Shown piece after piece: positions 9,835 through 19,124 of a DNA stretch of 64,000 nucleotides. Origin of the DNA: Candidatus Dormiibacterota bacterium (lineage in GTDB: Bacteria; Chloroflexota; Dormibacteria; Aeolococcales; Aeolococcaceae); contig PLZA01000067.1 of assembly GCA_003153505.1 (NCBI GenBank), positions 5,229-69,228 of the forward strand. The letters run 5' to 3'. The translations under genes and the position numbers were made by a program. A model generated the notes under the pieces. The model saw nothing but the letters and a program-made list of their open reading frames with translations, had not been told where the DNA came from and made no database searches. Numbering within the stretch: position 1 is the stretch's first letter; every line of letters starts with the position of its first letter.

Positions 9835-10928
9835 AGCTGCTCCCGGTAGAGGTCGAGCATCTCGGTGCCCGCCTCGCTGGCATCGAAGCGCTCGGCGATG
9901 CGGCGGATCCCGGAGCGCCCCATGGCAGCGCGGCGCTCCGGATCGTCCACGAGGGCAGCCAGGGCATTGGCCAACCCGTCGACGTCGTCAGGTTCGACGA
10001 GCAGGCCGGTGACCCCATCCTGCACGAGCTCCGCGATACCGCCAACCCGGGTCGCGACGACTGGAAGCCCGATCGCCATCGCCTCGAGAATGGTGATCGG
10101 CAGATTCTCGCCTCGCGATGGGAGGACGAAGAGGTCGGCCTCGAGAAGACGGTCGCGTACCGAGGGGACCTGGCCGTGGAAGGTGGCGTTGAGTCGGTGC
10201 ATGCGCGCGCGGCGCTCGAGGTCTGGGCGGAGTGAACCGTCGCCGTATATGTCGAGATGAATAGGCGGGGCTTGCTCGGCAAGACGGGCGCAGGCCTCGA
10301 CCAGCACGTCAATCCCCTTATGCCTCTCGAGCCGGGCAACGGCCACCAGTCGAACCGGCTGGTGCGGAGGTCCCGGCTCCCACCGCCGGATGTCGATCCG
10401 CGACGGCAGAACGTGGATGCGCCGCGTTGGGAAGCCGTGCGCTGCGAGGAAGCTAGCGAGTGTCTGCGACGGGACCACAAGGGCTCCGAGGCGAACCAGG
10501 AGGGCCTCGACCCGGAGGTGACCGTGGAGCAGCCAGGCGCTGCGAACCATGGGCCCCACCGGCCGGGCTCCGGGCCGGCCGGGAAGGCCGACGAGTTCCT
10601 CGGGGAGCCCGTGGTAGGTGTGGACCAGCCTTGCTCCCAGCGCACGTGCGGCCGCCCCACAGAGCAGGAGTGCCCGACGATCCTGGGTGTGGACGATGTC
10701 AGCGCCGCGTAGCCGCGGCCACATGCGCACAGCCCGTGCGATGTCTGCTTTGTTGCGGAGTGGCGCGACCTCCGCGTCGAGTCCGAGATCGCGCGCACGC
10801 GCGGCAATGTCAGAGTCGCCGCACAACAGGCGCACATGCGCACCCGCGTGGGCAACCGCAGGTGCGAGGTTGAGCATGTGCGAGACTGGGCCTCCCTCGG
10901 TGAGGGTGCTCACATACACGACTTTCAC
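9816..10928 (-). CDS. Glycosyltransferase family 4
   Basis: GTG start giving VKVVYVSTLTEGGPVSH.... Sugar-binding motif ENLPITILEAMAIGLPVVAT. 4-nt overlap with the upstream wzy-like stop. Confidence 0.85.
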   Translation of the reverse strand: MKVVYVSTLTEGGPVSHMLNLAPAVAHAGAHVRLLCGDSDIAARARDLGLDAEVAPLRNKADIARAVRMWPRLRGADIVHTQDRRALLLCGAAARALGARLVHTYHGLPEELVGLPGRPGARPVGPMVRSAWLLHGHLRVEALLVRLGALVVPSQTLASFLAAHGFPTRRIHVLPSRIDIRRWEPGPPHQPVRLVAVARLERHKGIDVLVEACARLAEQAPPIHLDIYGDGSLRPDLERRARMHRLNATFHGQVPSVRDRLLEADLFVLPSRGENLPITILEAMAIGLPVVATRVGGIAELVQDGVTGLLVEPDDVDGLANALAALVDDPERRAAMGRSGIRRIAERFDASEAGTEMLDLYREQLCASST

Positions 10929-12205
10929 GGAGCGGGGTCGACAGAGGCGACGTCGGGGCTCGCCTTCGCCTCCTGCCACAGGCACGTGGCGAACGCGCCC
11001 ATCAGCCAGAGCGGCGCGTAGTACTGTTCGGAGAGCGTCAGCGCCGCCGTGACGGCAACGATCATGCTGGCAGTCGCGGCGATGGCGAACGAAGGCGGCC
11101 CCACCTGTCGTCGCATGGCGATGTGGAGCCGGCGAAAGCTCGTCAGCACATAGGCTAGGAGCAGGGCGAGCGCAGGTAACCCGACCTCGGCACCGACTTC
11201 AAGGTACGTATTGTGGACCACGGTGGGGTCGTCGGGGGTGGGCGGCCGATTGTCGACCGCGGCCGTGTAGAGCTGAAAGTTTCCGGGTCCAACTCCAATG
11301 AGAGGATGCGCCGCAATGAGCAACAGCGCCGATCGCCAGGCGTCGAAGCGATGATCAACATTGCTTGCGGCCACGATCCCCTTATCTCGAAGCGCAAGGC
11401 TGATCTGCGCTTGTTGAGTAACGGCGACGACGCCGATGCAGGCCGCGACAATCATCGAGGATGCGAGGACCGCACGGAGCTGACTCCGGTGCGTGACCAC
11501 CATCCAGACCAAGGCGCATCCCAGCCCCACGGCGGCACCACGTGACAGGGTCAGCGCATCGGCGATGCCGATCACCGCGACCAGGGTGAGCACGACTAAT
11601 CGCGGGACCCCGCGGCGGCGCAGTAGCCACAGCGTGAGTGGCAGCGTAGTGGAGAGAATGTATGCGAGATCGTTAGCGTCGCCGTAAGTCGGCGTCGCAC
11701 GCGTGTCGAAGCCGATGAGCAGGTTGCGTACGGCCAACACGCCGGCGATCGCGCTGGCCACCGAGAGCACCCAGACAAATCGCTCCAGGGTGCGATGGTC
11801 ACCAGCGAACGCGGTGAGAACGAAATACAAACCGGCGTAGCTGACGTAGCGAACCGTTACTAGCGCGGCGTCGCCCAGGGACGTCGCGGCCACGTCGGCG
11901 ACGAGGATCAAGCTCAGGATCCCAAGCACCATCGCGTGAGTCGCATCGAGACGAAGCCGTCTGCGCCGCGTGGCCAGCTGAATTGCAAAGCTTGCGAAGC
12001 ACAGGGCGCCGGCGAGCTTGACGACGGTGAGCTGGGGGTTGCCGAGAGACACGGAGTACTCCAGCGGAACTGCGGCCGCGAAGAGCAGGAGGGCGAGGTC
12101 GAGTCGCACAAGAGCGGCGACAAGCACCCCGCCGGCGACGGCGCCAGGGATCACTAGGAGAGGCCACCACGTCGTCGCGACAGCCACGGCAGCCGCCGCG
12201 GCCAT
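10925..12205 (-). CDS. O-antigen ligase/polymerase family (Wzy_C) membrane protein
   Basis: About 10-12 TM helices. Wzy_C-type loop motif (TLSRGAAVGLGCALVW). Start uncertain (ATG at 12205 or a GTG at about 12286). Confidence 0.7.
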   Translation of the reverse strand: MAAAAAVAVATTWWPLLVIPGAVAGGVLVAALVRLDLALLLFAAAVPLEYSVSLGNPQLTVVKLAGALCFASFAIQLATRRRRLRLDATHAMVLGILSLILVADVAATSLGDAALVTVRYVSYAGLYFVLTAFAGDHRTLERFVWVLSVASAIAGVLAVRNLLIGFDTRATPTYGDANDLAYILSTTLPLTLWLLRRRGVPRLVVLTLVAVIGIADALTLSRGAAVGLGCALVWMVVTHRSQLRAVLASSMIVAACIGVVAVTQQAQISLALRDKGIVAASNVDHRFDAWRSALLLIAAHPLIGVGPGNFQLYTAAVDNRPPTPDDPTVVHNTYLEVGAEVGLPALALLLAYVLTSFRRLHIAMRRQVGPPSFAIAATASMIVAVTAALTLSEQYYAPLWLMGAFATCLWQEAKASPDVASVDPAP

Positions 12206-12282
12206 CACGCCAGCGGTGACCGGTGCGGTCCACAGCCCGACTCGGAGACGGTCGCGGGGCGGCTCGGTGACTGTTACGACGG

Positions 12283-13818
12283 TCACGGGGCGGACTGTGG
12301 CGTTACGGTTCCGCTTGCGGTGGTGCCCGGTCTTGGCATCGGAGGCGGCTGTTCGACTATCGACTCCGTCGACAACGCCGCGATGGAGGTCGGTGCCGGT
12401 CGCTGCGAGGTTTCCGGGCCCGCGAGAATCCGCCCAGGTATCACCTGTCGTAGGCAGAGTAAGGCGGTGCGCAGCAGGATGAGGACGTCCCCGCTCAGCG
12501 TCCAAGTCGCCAGGTAGTAGTTGTCAAACCTGGCTCGATCCGCGACCGAGGTGTCACCACGCAGACCATGCACCTGAGCCCAGCCCGTGATCCCAGGGCG
12601 GACTCGGTGGCGGCCCGCGTATTCGGCGATCGACTCCGTGAAGATGTCGGCGAACCTGCCGCGCTCCGGTCGCGGCCCCACCAGCGACATGTCACCCCGT
12701 AGCACGTCGACAAGCTGGGGCAGCTCGTCGAGACCCGTGCGGCGCAGGAAGCCGCCCAGCTTGCCCACTGTCGGGTCATGGGCAACAGACCACGTGCGGT
12801 CACCATCGTGGTTGGGGAGGAGGGTGCGGAACTTCAGCATAGTGAAAGGGCGAGCGTCGAGGCCGATCCGGTACTGGCGGAAGATCACCGGCCCAGGGCC
12901 ACTCAAACGGATCACCGCGGCAACGACGGCCATCACCGGCGACAGCAGGATCAGCGCGGCCATCGAGATGACCACGTCGAAGCCGCGCTTCACCACCCGT
13001 GCCGAGCGACGGGACAGCGAACGAGGCACGAGTGTGAGCGGGATGCCCCATAGCTCGTCATGGAGGCGCGCATCGAAGCCGAGCTCGAACAGACGGGGAA
13101 CAACGTAAATCTCAACGGAAAGCCGTTCGCAGGCGCGCAGCAAGCCCACCACCAACGCCTCCGGTGTGGACCAGAAAGCCAGGACGATGCGAGTGACCCG
13201 TTCACGCTTCACAACAGCTTCGAGTTCGTCCAGACATCCCAATCGTGGAACGATGGAGCTGGCGACGCCGGCGTCATCATCGACGAGTCCGGTCGGCCGC
13301 ATCCCGCACTCGGGGTGCTGGAGCATGGCGCGAATCAGTCGCGCGGCGATCTCACCTGAACCCACGATGAGGGTGGGATGGCGGAGCCAGTCGCGTCGAT
13401 AGGCACCGCGTACAGCACCACCGACGAGTCCACGCGCAACCAGCAGGGTCAGGACGACGGTGACGCCGAGACCAGCGAGATCACTGGTACTGCGCCCGGG
13501 GTCGAACGGCACGATGAGCAGGAGCATCGCGCCAACTCGCGCAGCGACAGGAACGACCGCATCATCCAGTCGCGGGGTTACCTGAGCCGCGGCGCGGCGG
13601 TCCAGACCTGTCAGCGAAGCGAGAGCGCCGATCGCCCACAATACCCAGATGAAGGTGAGGCGTCTCTCGGCCGCTAGAACGGCAAAGAACGCCAGCGCCT
13701 CGGACGTGCTGTACGCGACGTGACCGATCAGGAGTGCTGAAACGCGCGGGCCATAATGCGCTGCGAGCGACGTGTCAGCGTGCGCTGGTGTTAGGCCCCC
13801 TCCATCAACCTTCCCCAT
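12283..13818 (-). CDS. Undecaprenyl-phosphate sugar phosphotransferase (WbaP/EpsL-type polyprenyl glycosylphosphotransferase, Bac_transf)
   Basis: N-terminal TM bundle plus C-terminal catalytic domain (KRGFDVVISMAALILLSP...MLKFRTL...DELPQLVDVLRGDMSLVGPRPE). Confidence 0.9.
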   Translation of the reverse strand: MGKVDGGGLTPAHADTSLAAHYGPRVSALLIGHVAYSTSEALAFFAVLAAERRLTFIWVLWAIGALASLTGLDRRAAAQVTPRLDDAVVPVAARVGAMLLLIVPFDPGRSTSDLAGLGVTVVLTLLVARGLVGGAVRGAYRRDWLRHPTLIVGSGEIAARLIRAMLQHPECGMRPTGLVDDDAGVASSIVPRLGCLDELEAVVKRERVTRIVLAFWSTPEALVVGLLRACERLSVEIYVVPRLFELGFDARLHDELWGIPLTLVPRSLSRRSARVVKRGFDVVISMAALILLSPVMAVVAAVIRLSGPGPVIFRQYRIGLDARPFTMLKFRTLLPNHDGDRTWSVAHDPTVGKLGGFLRRTGLDELPQLVDVLRGDMSLVGPRPERGRFADIFTESIAEYAGRHRVRPGITGWAQVHGLRGDTSVADRARFDNYYLATWTLSGDVLILLRTALLCLRQVIPGRILAGPETSQRPAPTSIAALSTESIVEQPPPMPRPGTTASGTVTPQSAP

Positions 13819-14017
13819 GAGCCCCTCGAAAACTATCTGGCGCGGCTTATCCTTGACCGACCGTCAGTCGACCCCTCCACCGGTCCCCGTTAGATCAGGT
13901 CTTTCCTGGAACAATCGAACCGCTCCTTTTCAAACCGGCAGGACAAACTATTATCCTTTGCTTAGGGGGAAGTCAATCTGGCTCGCGAGGGTCGCTATCA
14001 CCCCGGAGGAGGCGAAC

Positions 14018-14911
14018 ATGACGCAGGCAGCCGGGTCGACCACGCGCGGCGCTCGGCTTCTCGAGTTTGACGCAGCGGCCTTGGCCGCGGCGTACCGTGC
14101 GCACGCGCCGATCGCGGTCGAACATGGACTGGCCGACCAACCACTCCTAACCCTCGAGGCGATCGCCGACCTCGCCGACTGGCTGCCCCGCGACTGCGTC
14201 ATCTGCGACACCCCCGACCAGCCGCTTCTCGTCCCCGAGGGCGGGCCGCCGCGAGGATCCGAGCCGCGCCCCGGCGACGTCATTCGCCACCTCGAAGTGC
14301 GCCGCTCGTGGCTGACACTACTCAACATTGAGCAGCAACCCGCTTATCGCGAGCTCATGGACGCGTGCCTCGACCAGATCGCGGCTGTCGTCGAGCATCG
14401 CCCTGGCGACATGCGGCGCAGGGTGGGCTTCATCTTCGTGTCATCGCCGCTGTCGGTGACCCCCGCGCACTTCGACATCGAGCACAGCCTTCTGCTCCAG
14501 ATCTCAGGGCAGAAGGAACTCACGGTGGGGCACTTTGCCACAGCTGCCGTCGAACGGAGGGAGTGTGAGCGCTACTGGGAGGGGTCGCACGGCCGCGTCG
14601 AGGATCTGCCACTCGTCGAAGTCACTCACGACATGGTTCCCGGCCGCGGTGTCTACTTACCCCCCATCCGCCCTCATTGGGTCATCAACAGCGATGCAGT
14701 GACACTTTCGATGACGCTCACCTTTTTCAGCGCCGATTCCGAGCGCGACCAGTTCGTCGAGGCTTTCAACGCCCGACTACGGCGATTCCGCGTCCATCCC
14801 CGGCCACCAGGGAGGTCGCTGGCTGTCGACGAAGTCAAGGCGACTGCGATGCGGACCTGGGGGCTGCGGAGGCGGTTGACCGGCCGGCATGAGGAATCGA
14901 CTCACTACTAA
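14018..14911 (+). CDS. Cupin-like/JmjC-type (Cupin_8) putative hydroxylase
   Basis: ATG at 14018 with GGAGGAGG RBS. Double-stranded beta-helix signature with His-x-Asp/Glu (HFDIEHSLLLQISGQKELTVGHF). Confidence 0.55.
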   Translation: MTQAAGSTTRGARLLEFDAAALAAAYRAHAPIAVEHGLADQPLLTLEAIADLADWLPRDCVICDTPDQPLLVPEGGPPRGSEPRPGDVIRHLEVRRSWLTLLNIEQQPAYRELMDACLDQIAAVVEHRPGDMRRRVGFIFVSSPLSVTPAHFDIEHSLLLQISGQKELTVGHFATAAVERRECERYWEGSHGRVEDLPLVEVTHDMVPGRGVYLPPIRPHWVINSDAVTLSMTLTFFSADSERDQFVEAFNARLRRFRVHPRPPGRSLAVDEVKATAMRTWGLRRRLTGRHEESTHY

Positions 14912-14915
14912 CTAA

Positions 14916-15989
14916 CTAACTAAGCCGAGATGGGTGACGGCGGGCAGCGATAGAACGCAGCCGGCGCCGGGTCCGCCCCGCGAGGTGGCGTCCGCGCTCG
15001 GCGGCGAAGTCGATATGCAGAGCGACCTGCGCCGTCGACCCGACGGCGCAGCGCAGCCGCCACAACTCGCGTCGCTGGTCGGCGAACAAGGTCTTATACG
15101 CCTCGTCACCGCGCAAGAGATCGGCGTCGAGCAAACCCCGACGCGCAGCGTCGTCGATTACGCGAGCGAGTAGCACGATGCCCGCCCCCCGCCAGCGCCG
15201 GGAGGGGATCCGGCCGCTCTGGTAGTAGCTAAGGTGTCCCGCGACCTCGAATGAGACGACGATGGCGCCAGGCTCGTCCCCAGCGCGCAAGACGTTGAAG
15301 ACCACCTCCCTTCGGGCGGCGGCGGCGCGGCAGACGGTCGCGAACCGGCCGAAATCGCCAAGGAAGCTGGACGCCTTACCCCAGCGCTGTGCATGGAAGC
15401 GGTGCAAGACGCGCAGCCCGAGCTCGACATCATCGACGCGCTCCACGATGCAGCTACCGGTATCCCGGACCAGGCGGCGTTCCGTCCGGTGCACAAGACG
15501 GCGCAAGCTAGTCCGTTCCAAGAATCGACTGCTGAGTGCGACCCAGGGCGCGACGGCGCTCCGCTCACAGCGGAAACGGAGGGGCAGGGCGGCTGCGACG
15601 AGCGAGTCAGTGACCATGCCGTCGAGATCCAGAAGCCGGTCGCCTCGCCTAGTCAGCCAAGCGCCCAGAACCGCCGCCACCTCAGCCCTCATCTCGGGGG
15701 CGGCGACGGCGTCGAGGTGATCGGGACACAATGCTCCGGCGCCGAGCAGACGCAGCCGCTCAATGCCGAGATGACGGTCGCGCTCGAGAGCCAGACCGCC
15801 CACCAAGCGGTCGCGCTGAAGGACGAGCACGATGCAGGGGCGCGAGCCGGCCGCCGTGTCGAGCCACCACGAACGCAGGAAGGGCGAGGGGATGGGGAGG
15901 CTCTCGACCAACGAGTCCCAAGCATCGGCGTACGCACCGAGCATGGTTGTGACGCTCACGCGCATCGCAGTCGTGTCCTCTGGCACCAT
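14916..15989 (-). CDS. GNAT acetyltransferase, FemAB/CelD(BcsL)-like (Acetyltransf_6)
   Basis: Length and C-terminal half (…VVFNVLRAGDEPGAIVVSFEVAGHLSYYQSGR) typical of the CelD/FemAB-like GNAT family found in polysaccharide and cell-wall loci. Confidence 0.6.
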   Translation of the reverse strand: MVPEDTTAMRVSVTTMLGAYADAWDSLVESLPIPSPFLRSWWLDTAAGSRPCIVLVLQRDRLVGGLALERDRHLGIERLRLLGAGALCPDHLDAVAAPEMRAEVAAVLGAWLTRRGDRLLDLDGMVTDSLVAAALPLRFRCERSAVAPWVALSSRFLERTSLRRLVHRTERRLVRDTGSCIVERVDDVELGLRVLHRFHAQRWGKASSFLGDFGRFATVCRAAAARREVVFNVLRAGDEPGAIVVSFEVAGHLSYYQSGRIPSRRWRGAGIVLLARVIDDAARRGLLDADLLRGDEAYKTLFADQRRELWRLRCAVGSTAQVALHIDFAAERGRHLAGRTRRRLRSIAARRHPSRLS

Positions 15990-16029
15990 ATGGACTCTGC
16001 CTCCCCGCCCATCGTATCGCGAGTCCCAT

Positions 16030-16761
16030 ATGGACCCCAGGAAGGTCGCGAGCTATGATCGCGACCTCTCGGATACTCGGACGGCCAAGGGGCTCGAATG
16101 GATGCTCGAGCGCCGCCTCATCGACGGTTTGCTCGGCGACCATCCGCACGCACAGCGTGCCGTCGACTTCGCCTGCGGCACTGGGCGCATCCTTGGCTTT
16201 CTGGCTGAGCGATTCCCCGAGGTGATCGGGGTCGACGTCAGCGCCGCGATGATCGAAGTAGCACGTGAGCGCTGCCCCGCGGCGCGTCTCGTCGTGGGGG
16301 ACGTTACAGTCAATCCCGGGCTACTGACGGAATCCGCTGATGTGGTCACGGCTTTTCGCTTCCTGCTCAACGCCGAGCCGCCATTGCGCGCCGCCGCCCT
16401 CGACTGGATGCGTGACCGTCTCCGCCCTGAAGGGCTCCTCATCGTCAACTTCCATCTCAATCCGCGCAGCCTGCGCGGGTGCTACCTGCGCCTGCGCCAC
16501 GCGTCCGACGTCACGATGATGGGGGTGGGCGAAGCCCGTGCGCTGCTTGCCAGTCACGGCCTGACCGTACGCAAGGTTCGTGGGTACAGCTACCTTCCCT
16601 ACCGCCGTGACGGCTCGCGGCTCCTCCTTCCTCGAGTACGCCGAAGCGTCGAGGGGTGGCTGGCCCGAGTCGATCGGCTCACGGGGTGGGGCAGCTGCTT
16701 CTTGCTCCTCGCCGAGCGCAGCCGGGACACGGTATCAACCGGGCCGGCCGGCGAGGGCTGA
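16030..16761 (+). CDS. Class I SAM-dependent methyltransferase
   Basis: Motif I (VDFACGTGRILGFLAE) and motif II (LVVGDV). ATG at 16030. Confidence 0.8.
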   Translation: MDPRKVASYDRDLSDTRTAKGLEWMLERRLIDGLLGDHPHAQRAVDFACGTGRILGFLAERFPEVIGVDVSAAMIEVARERCPAARLVVGDVTVNPGLLTESADVVTAFRFLLNAEPPLRAAALDWMRDRLRPEGLLIVNFHLNPRSLRGCYLRLRHASDVTMMGVGEARALLASHGLTVRKVRGYSYLPYRRDGSRLLLPRVRRSVEGWLARVDRLTGWGSCFLLLAERSRDTVSTGPAGEG

Positions 16762-18156
16762 GATGAGCGGGACAAGGTTCTCGTGTGCCCACCTTGAGCC
16801 CCGGCGATCACCCTCTGGTCCGAGGGCGTGGACGACGATGGCGGCTACAACAGAGGCCGCCCGCAGAGCTGGATCGGCCGCCGGCCACGGGACGCCTCCG
16901 AGCGAGGGCGGCGCCGTCAATGCGCGGGGCTCTCGCACCGCGCGCGCGGCGGCCACGCCGATGGGGATACGCGAGCCGATCGCGAGCCGATACAACTCGA
17001 GGAACACGGCATCAAGGCCGGCGGGCGCGGCGGCTCGCCCCTGCTCCCAGTCGATGACCACTGTTGACCCTCGCCCGAGGACGATGTTTCCTGGCCAAAA
17101 ATCGCCGTGGCACCAGGACGTGGGAAGACGGAACTCCTCAATCGGTAGGAGGGCGGCCTCGATGGCATCGGCATCCTCACCGAACTGGTCTATCCCCCGG
17201 GTCCACGCATGTGCCCATCCTGGACCGGCGTCCGCGGTCGGAGCGGTGGCCGCGAGAAGCCGGGCCACTTCGTGGGCTGCCTTCCAGGTGGATCCCCCAG
17301 TGCGCCATCGCCGTCCGCCAGGGCTGAGGTGACCCTGGTGCCAGGTTTCGGCGCGCCACTCGAGGCCGTGCGTCACACCGACCGCCAGCTCGCGCGGCAT
17401 GTGCGCGTGGAGGTCAGGCGACAGAAGGGCGTCGTCGATACTCGCGAGCACCTGGCGCTGCCGCGCCAGCCGGGCGGTGCCGAGCTCCGTGAGACACAGC
17501 CGAAGAGCCGCCTCCTCGCGGGCCAGCCCGACTCGGACGATGATGTTGTGGCTTCCGCTGACCAGGACGCCACGCAGCGTGGCCCTGCTTCCGACGGCAG
17601 CGCCGAGGTCGGCGACGACGTCGTCGATCAGGCCCGGGCCGTCCGGCTCGATCGCGATTCCAGCGCGACCGCTCAACCGCCAGAGCACGGACGTGGCCAG
17701 TCGTTGCCGTATCCACTGACCTCGCGCATCCGTCGAGGCCGGCCATCCCTTGCGCAGCAGGCGCTCAACCGAGTCGGCACGCGGGTAGGGGACCGTGTCA
17801 TGGCGGCGCCGCGCGGGAACGATGGCCGCGCGGCGTCCCCCCGGGCGAAGCGCCGCGGCCAGAGCCGTGGGGTCTGCTCGGCGTTCGTCCGCCACCAGCA
17901 GCGCCAGAGCACCGTCCGGCAGCGGCCAATGCCGCCCATCCCAGCACATTCCGCGGGCCACTCCCACAAGCGCAGCGCGGTCTGCGCTCACGGTGATTGC
18001 CGACGGGTACGAGCGACGGAAGGCTGCGGCAGTGCCGGGCTCCAGGTCGACGAGGGCGACAAGCCCTGACATGGCAGCTGGAAGAAACACCCGCCAGCTC
18101 CCGTTGCGCTCGCTGGGGTGACGGGGGCTCTCCGCACCAACGGTTTTCGCCATCAT
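16735..18156 (-). CDS. Phosphotransferase (APH/choline-kinase-like) family kinase with N-terminal extension
   Basis: Brenner motif HGDFWPGNIV plus downstream IDWE (D-x-E). Its 3' end converges on and overlaps the methyltransferase 3' end (16735-16761). Confidence 0.65.
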   Translation of the reverse strand: MMAKTVGAESPRHPSERNGSWRVFLPAAMSGLVALVDLEPGTAAAFRRSYPSAITVSADRAALVGVARGMCWDGRHWPLPDGALALLVADERRADPTALAAALRPGGRRAAIVPARRRHDTVPYPRADSVERLLRKGWPASTDARGQWIRQRLATSVLWRLSGRAGIAIEPDGPGLIDDVVADLGAAVGSRATLRGVLVSGSHNIIVRVGLAREEAALRLCLTELGTARLARQRQVLASIDDALLSPDLHAHMPRELAVGVTHGLEWRAETWHQGHLSPGGRRWRTGGSTWKAAHEVARLLAATAPTADAGPGWAHAWTRGIDQFGEDADAIEAALLPIEEFRLPTSWCHGDFWPGNIVLGRGSTVVIDWEQGRAAAPAGLDAVFLELYRLAIGSRIPIGVAAARAVREPRALTAPPSLGGVPWPAADPALRAASVVAAIVVHALGPEGDRRGSRWAHENLVPLISALAGRPG

Positions 18157-18245
18157 GGATAGCCCGTCACAATCAGGTCCACGCCAAATATGGCAAGCTC
18201 CGGAGCGATGTCCAAATTGCGGCGCCGATTCCGAGCGACTCGCTG

Positions 18246-18944
18246 ATGATCGACCTGCCCGACCTTATACTCACCGTGTGGCGCCACCGCGTGATGGCGC
18301 TGGCGACATTGGTTGCCGTCCTGGCGGCGACATCGGTCTACATCGTCACCCAGAAACCGGTCTACCGGTCCACCGAAAGCCTGCAGCTGTCGAGCACCGA
18401 CCCAACCTTCCTCAGCGAGGTCAACACACTGACGCCGCTGTACTCCGAACTGCTCACCGCACAGGCCACGCTCACCCTGGCACAGGCGAGTTTGGGTTCG
18501 ACGCCGCTGGCCAGCATCGCGGTCCGCACCTTCACGGACTCGCCGGTCGTTGACCTCGACGCCAGCGGTGGCTCCGCGGATGTTGCTCAACGTTCCGCGA
18601 CGGCCGACGTCAGCGCTCTGGCCGATCGCCTCGCTTTTCAATCGGCGCTGGGCGTGAGCGGCGTCACGCTCGCCGTGATCGATGGTCCCAGCCAAGCCGA
18701 CATCGTCTGGCCGCGCCCCGCGCTGAGCCTCGGTGTCGCCGCCATCGTCGGCATCCTTCTAGGTGTCGCGGTGTCTTGGCTGGTTGACGCTCGGTGGCGG
18801 CGGCTGCCGGCACTGGCAGTCGCACCATCGACAGCATCCACTGCTCGCGATGCATCAGGCCCAGCGTCGGAGGATACAACCGTCACAATCGGCGACATTA
18901 CCCGACGCTCCCAACGTCGCGCACGCAACACCCATGCCCGATGA
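18246..18944 (+). CDS. Wzz-like polysaccharide chain-length determinant (PCP) protein, no kinase domain
   Basis: Wzz N-terminal motif (IDLPDLILTVWRHRVMALATLVAVLAATSVYIVTQKPVYRSTESL) and a second TM helix near the C-terminus. Confidence 0.7.
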   Translation: MIDLPDLILTVWRHRVMALATLVAVLAATSVYIVTQKPVYRSTESLQLSSTDPTFLSEVNTLTPLYSELLTAQATLTLAQASLGSTPLASIAVRTFTDSPVVDLDASGGSADVAQRSATADVSALADRLAFQSALGVSGVTLAVIDGPSQADIVWPRPALSLGVAAIVGILLGVAVSWLVDARWRRLPALAVAPSTASTARDASGPASEDTTVTIGDITRRSQRRARNTHAR

Positions 18945-19124
18945 CGTCGCGGCCCCCGCGGGCACCCAAAGGTAGCGTCATCGGGGCATGATGCCGCCTC
19001 GAAGACAGTCCTCGAGATGCCGCTGCGAAACCGTCCGGGCATGCACGAAGGCGTGTCGAGGCGGCACGGGTCAGGGACGCGGCCGGTGAACACCGATCTG
19101 GCACGTCGGGCTACACGGGGCACC

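Noticed and set aside
10257-11052. Plus-strand ORFs of 137-151 aa across the GT4/wzy-like genes
   Set aside because: Antisense to strongly supported glycosyltransferase and ligase genes.
17209-18069. 286-aa plus-strand ORF
   Set aside because: Antisense to the APH-like kinase. Arg-rich composition.
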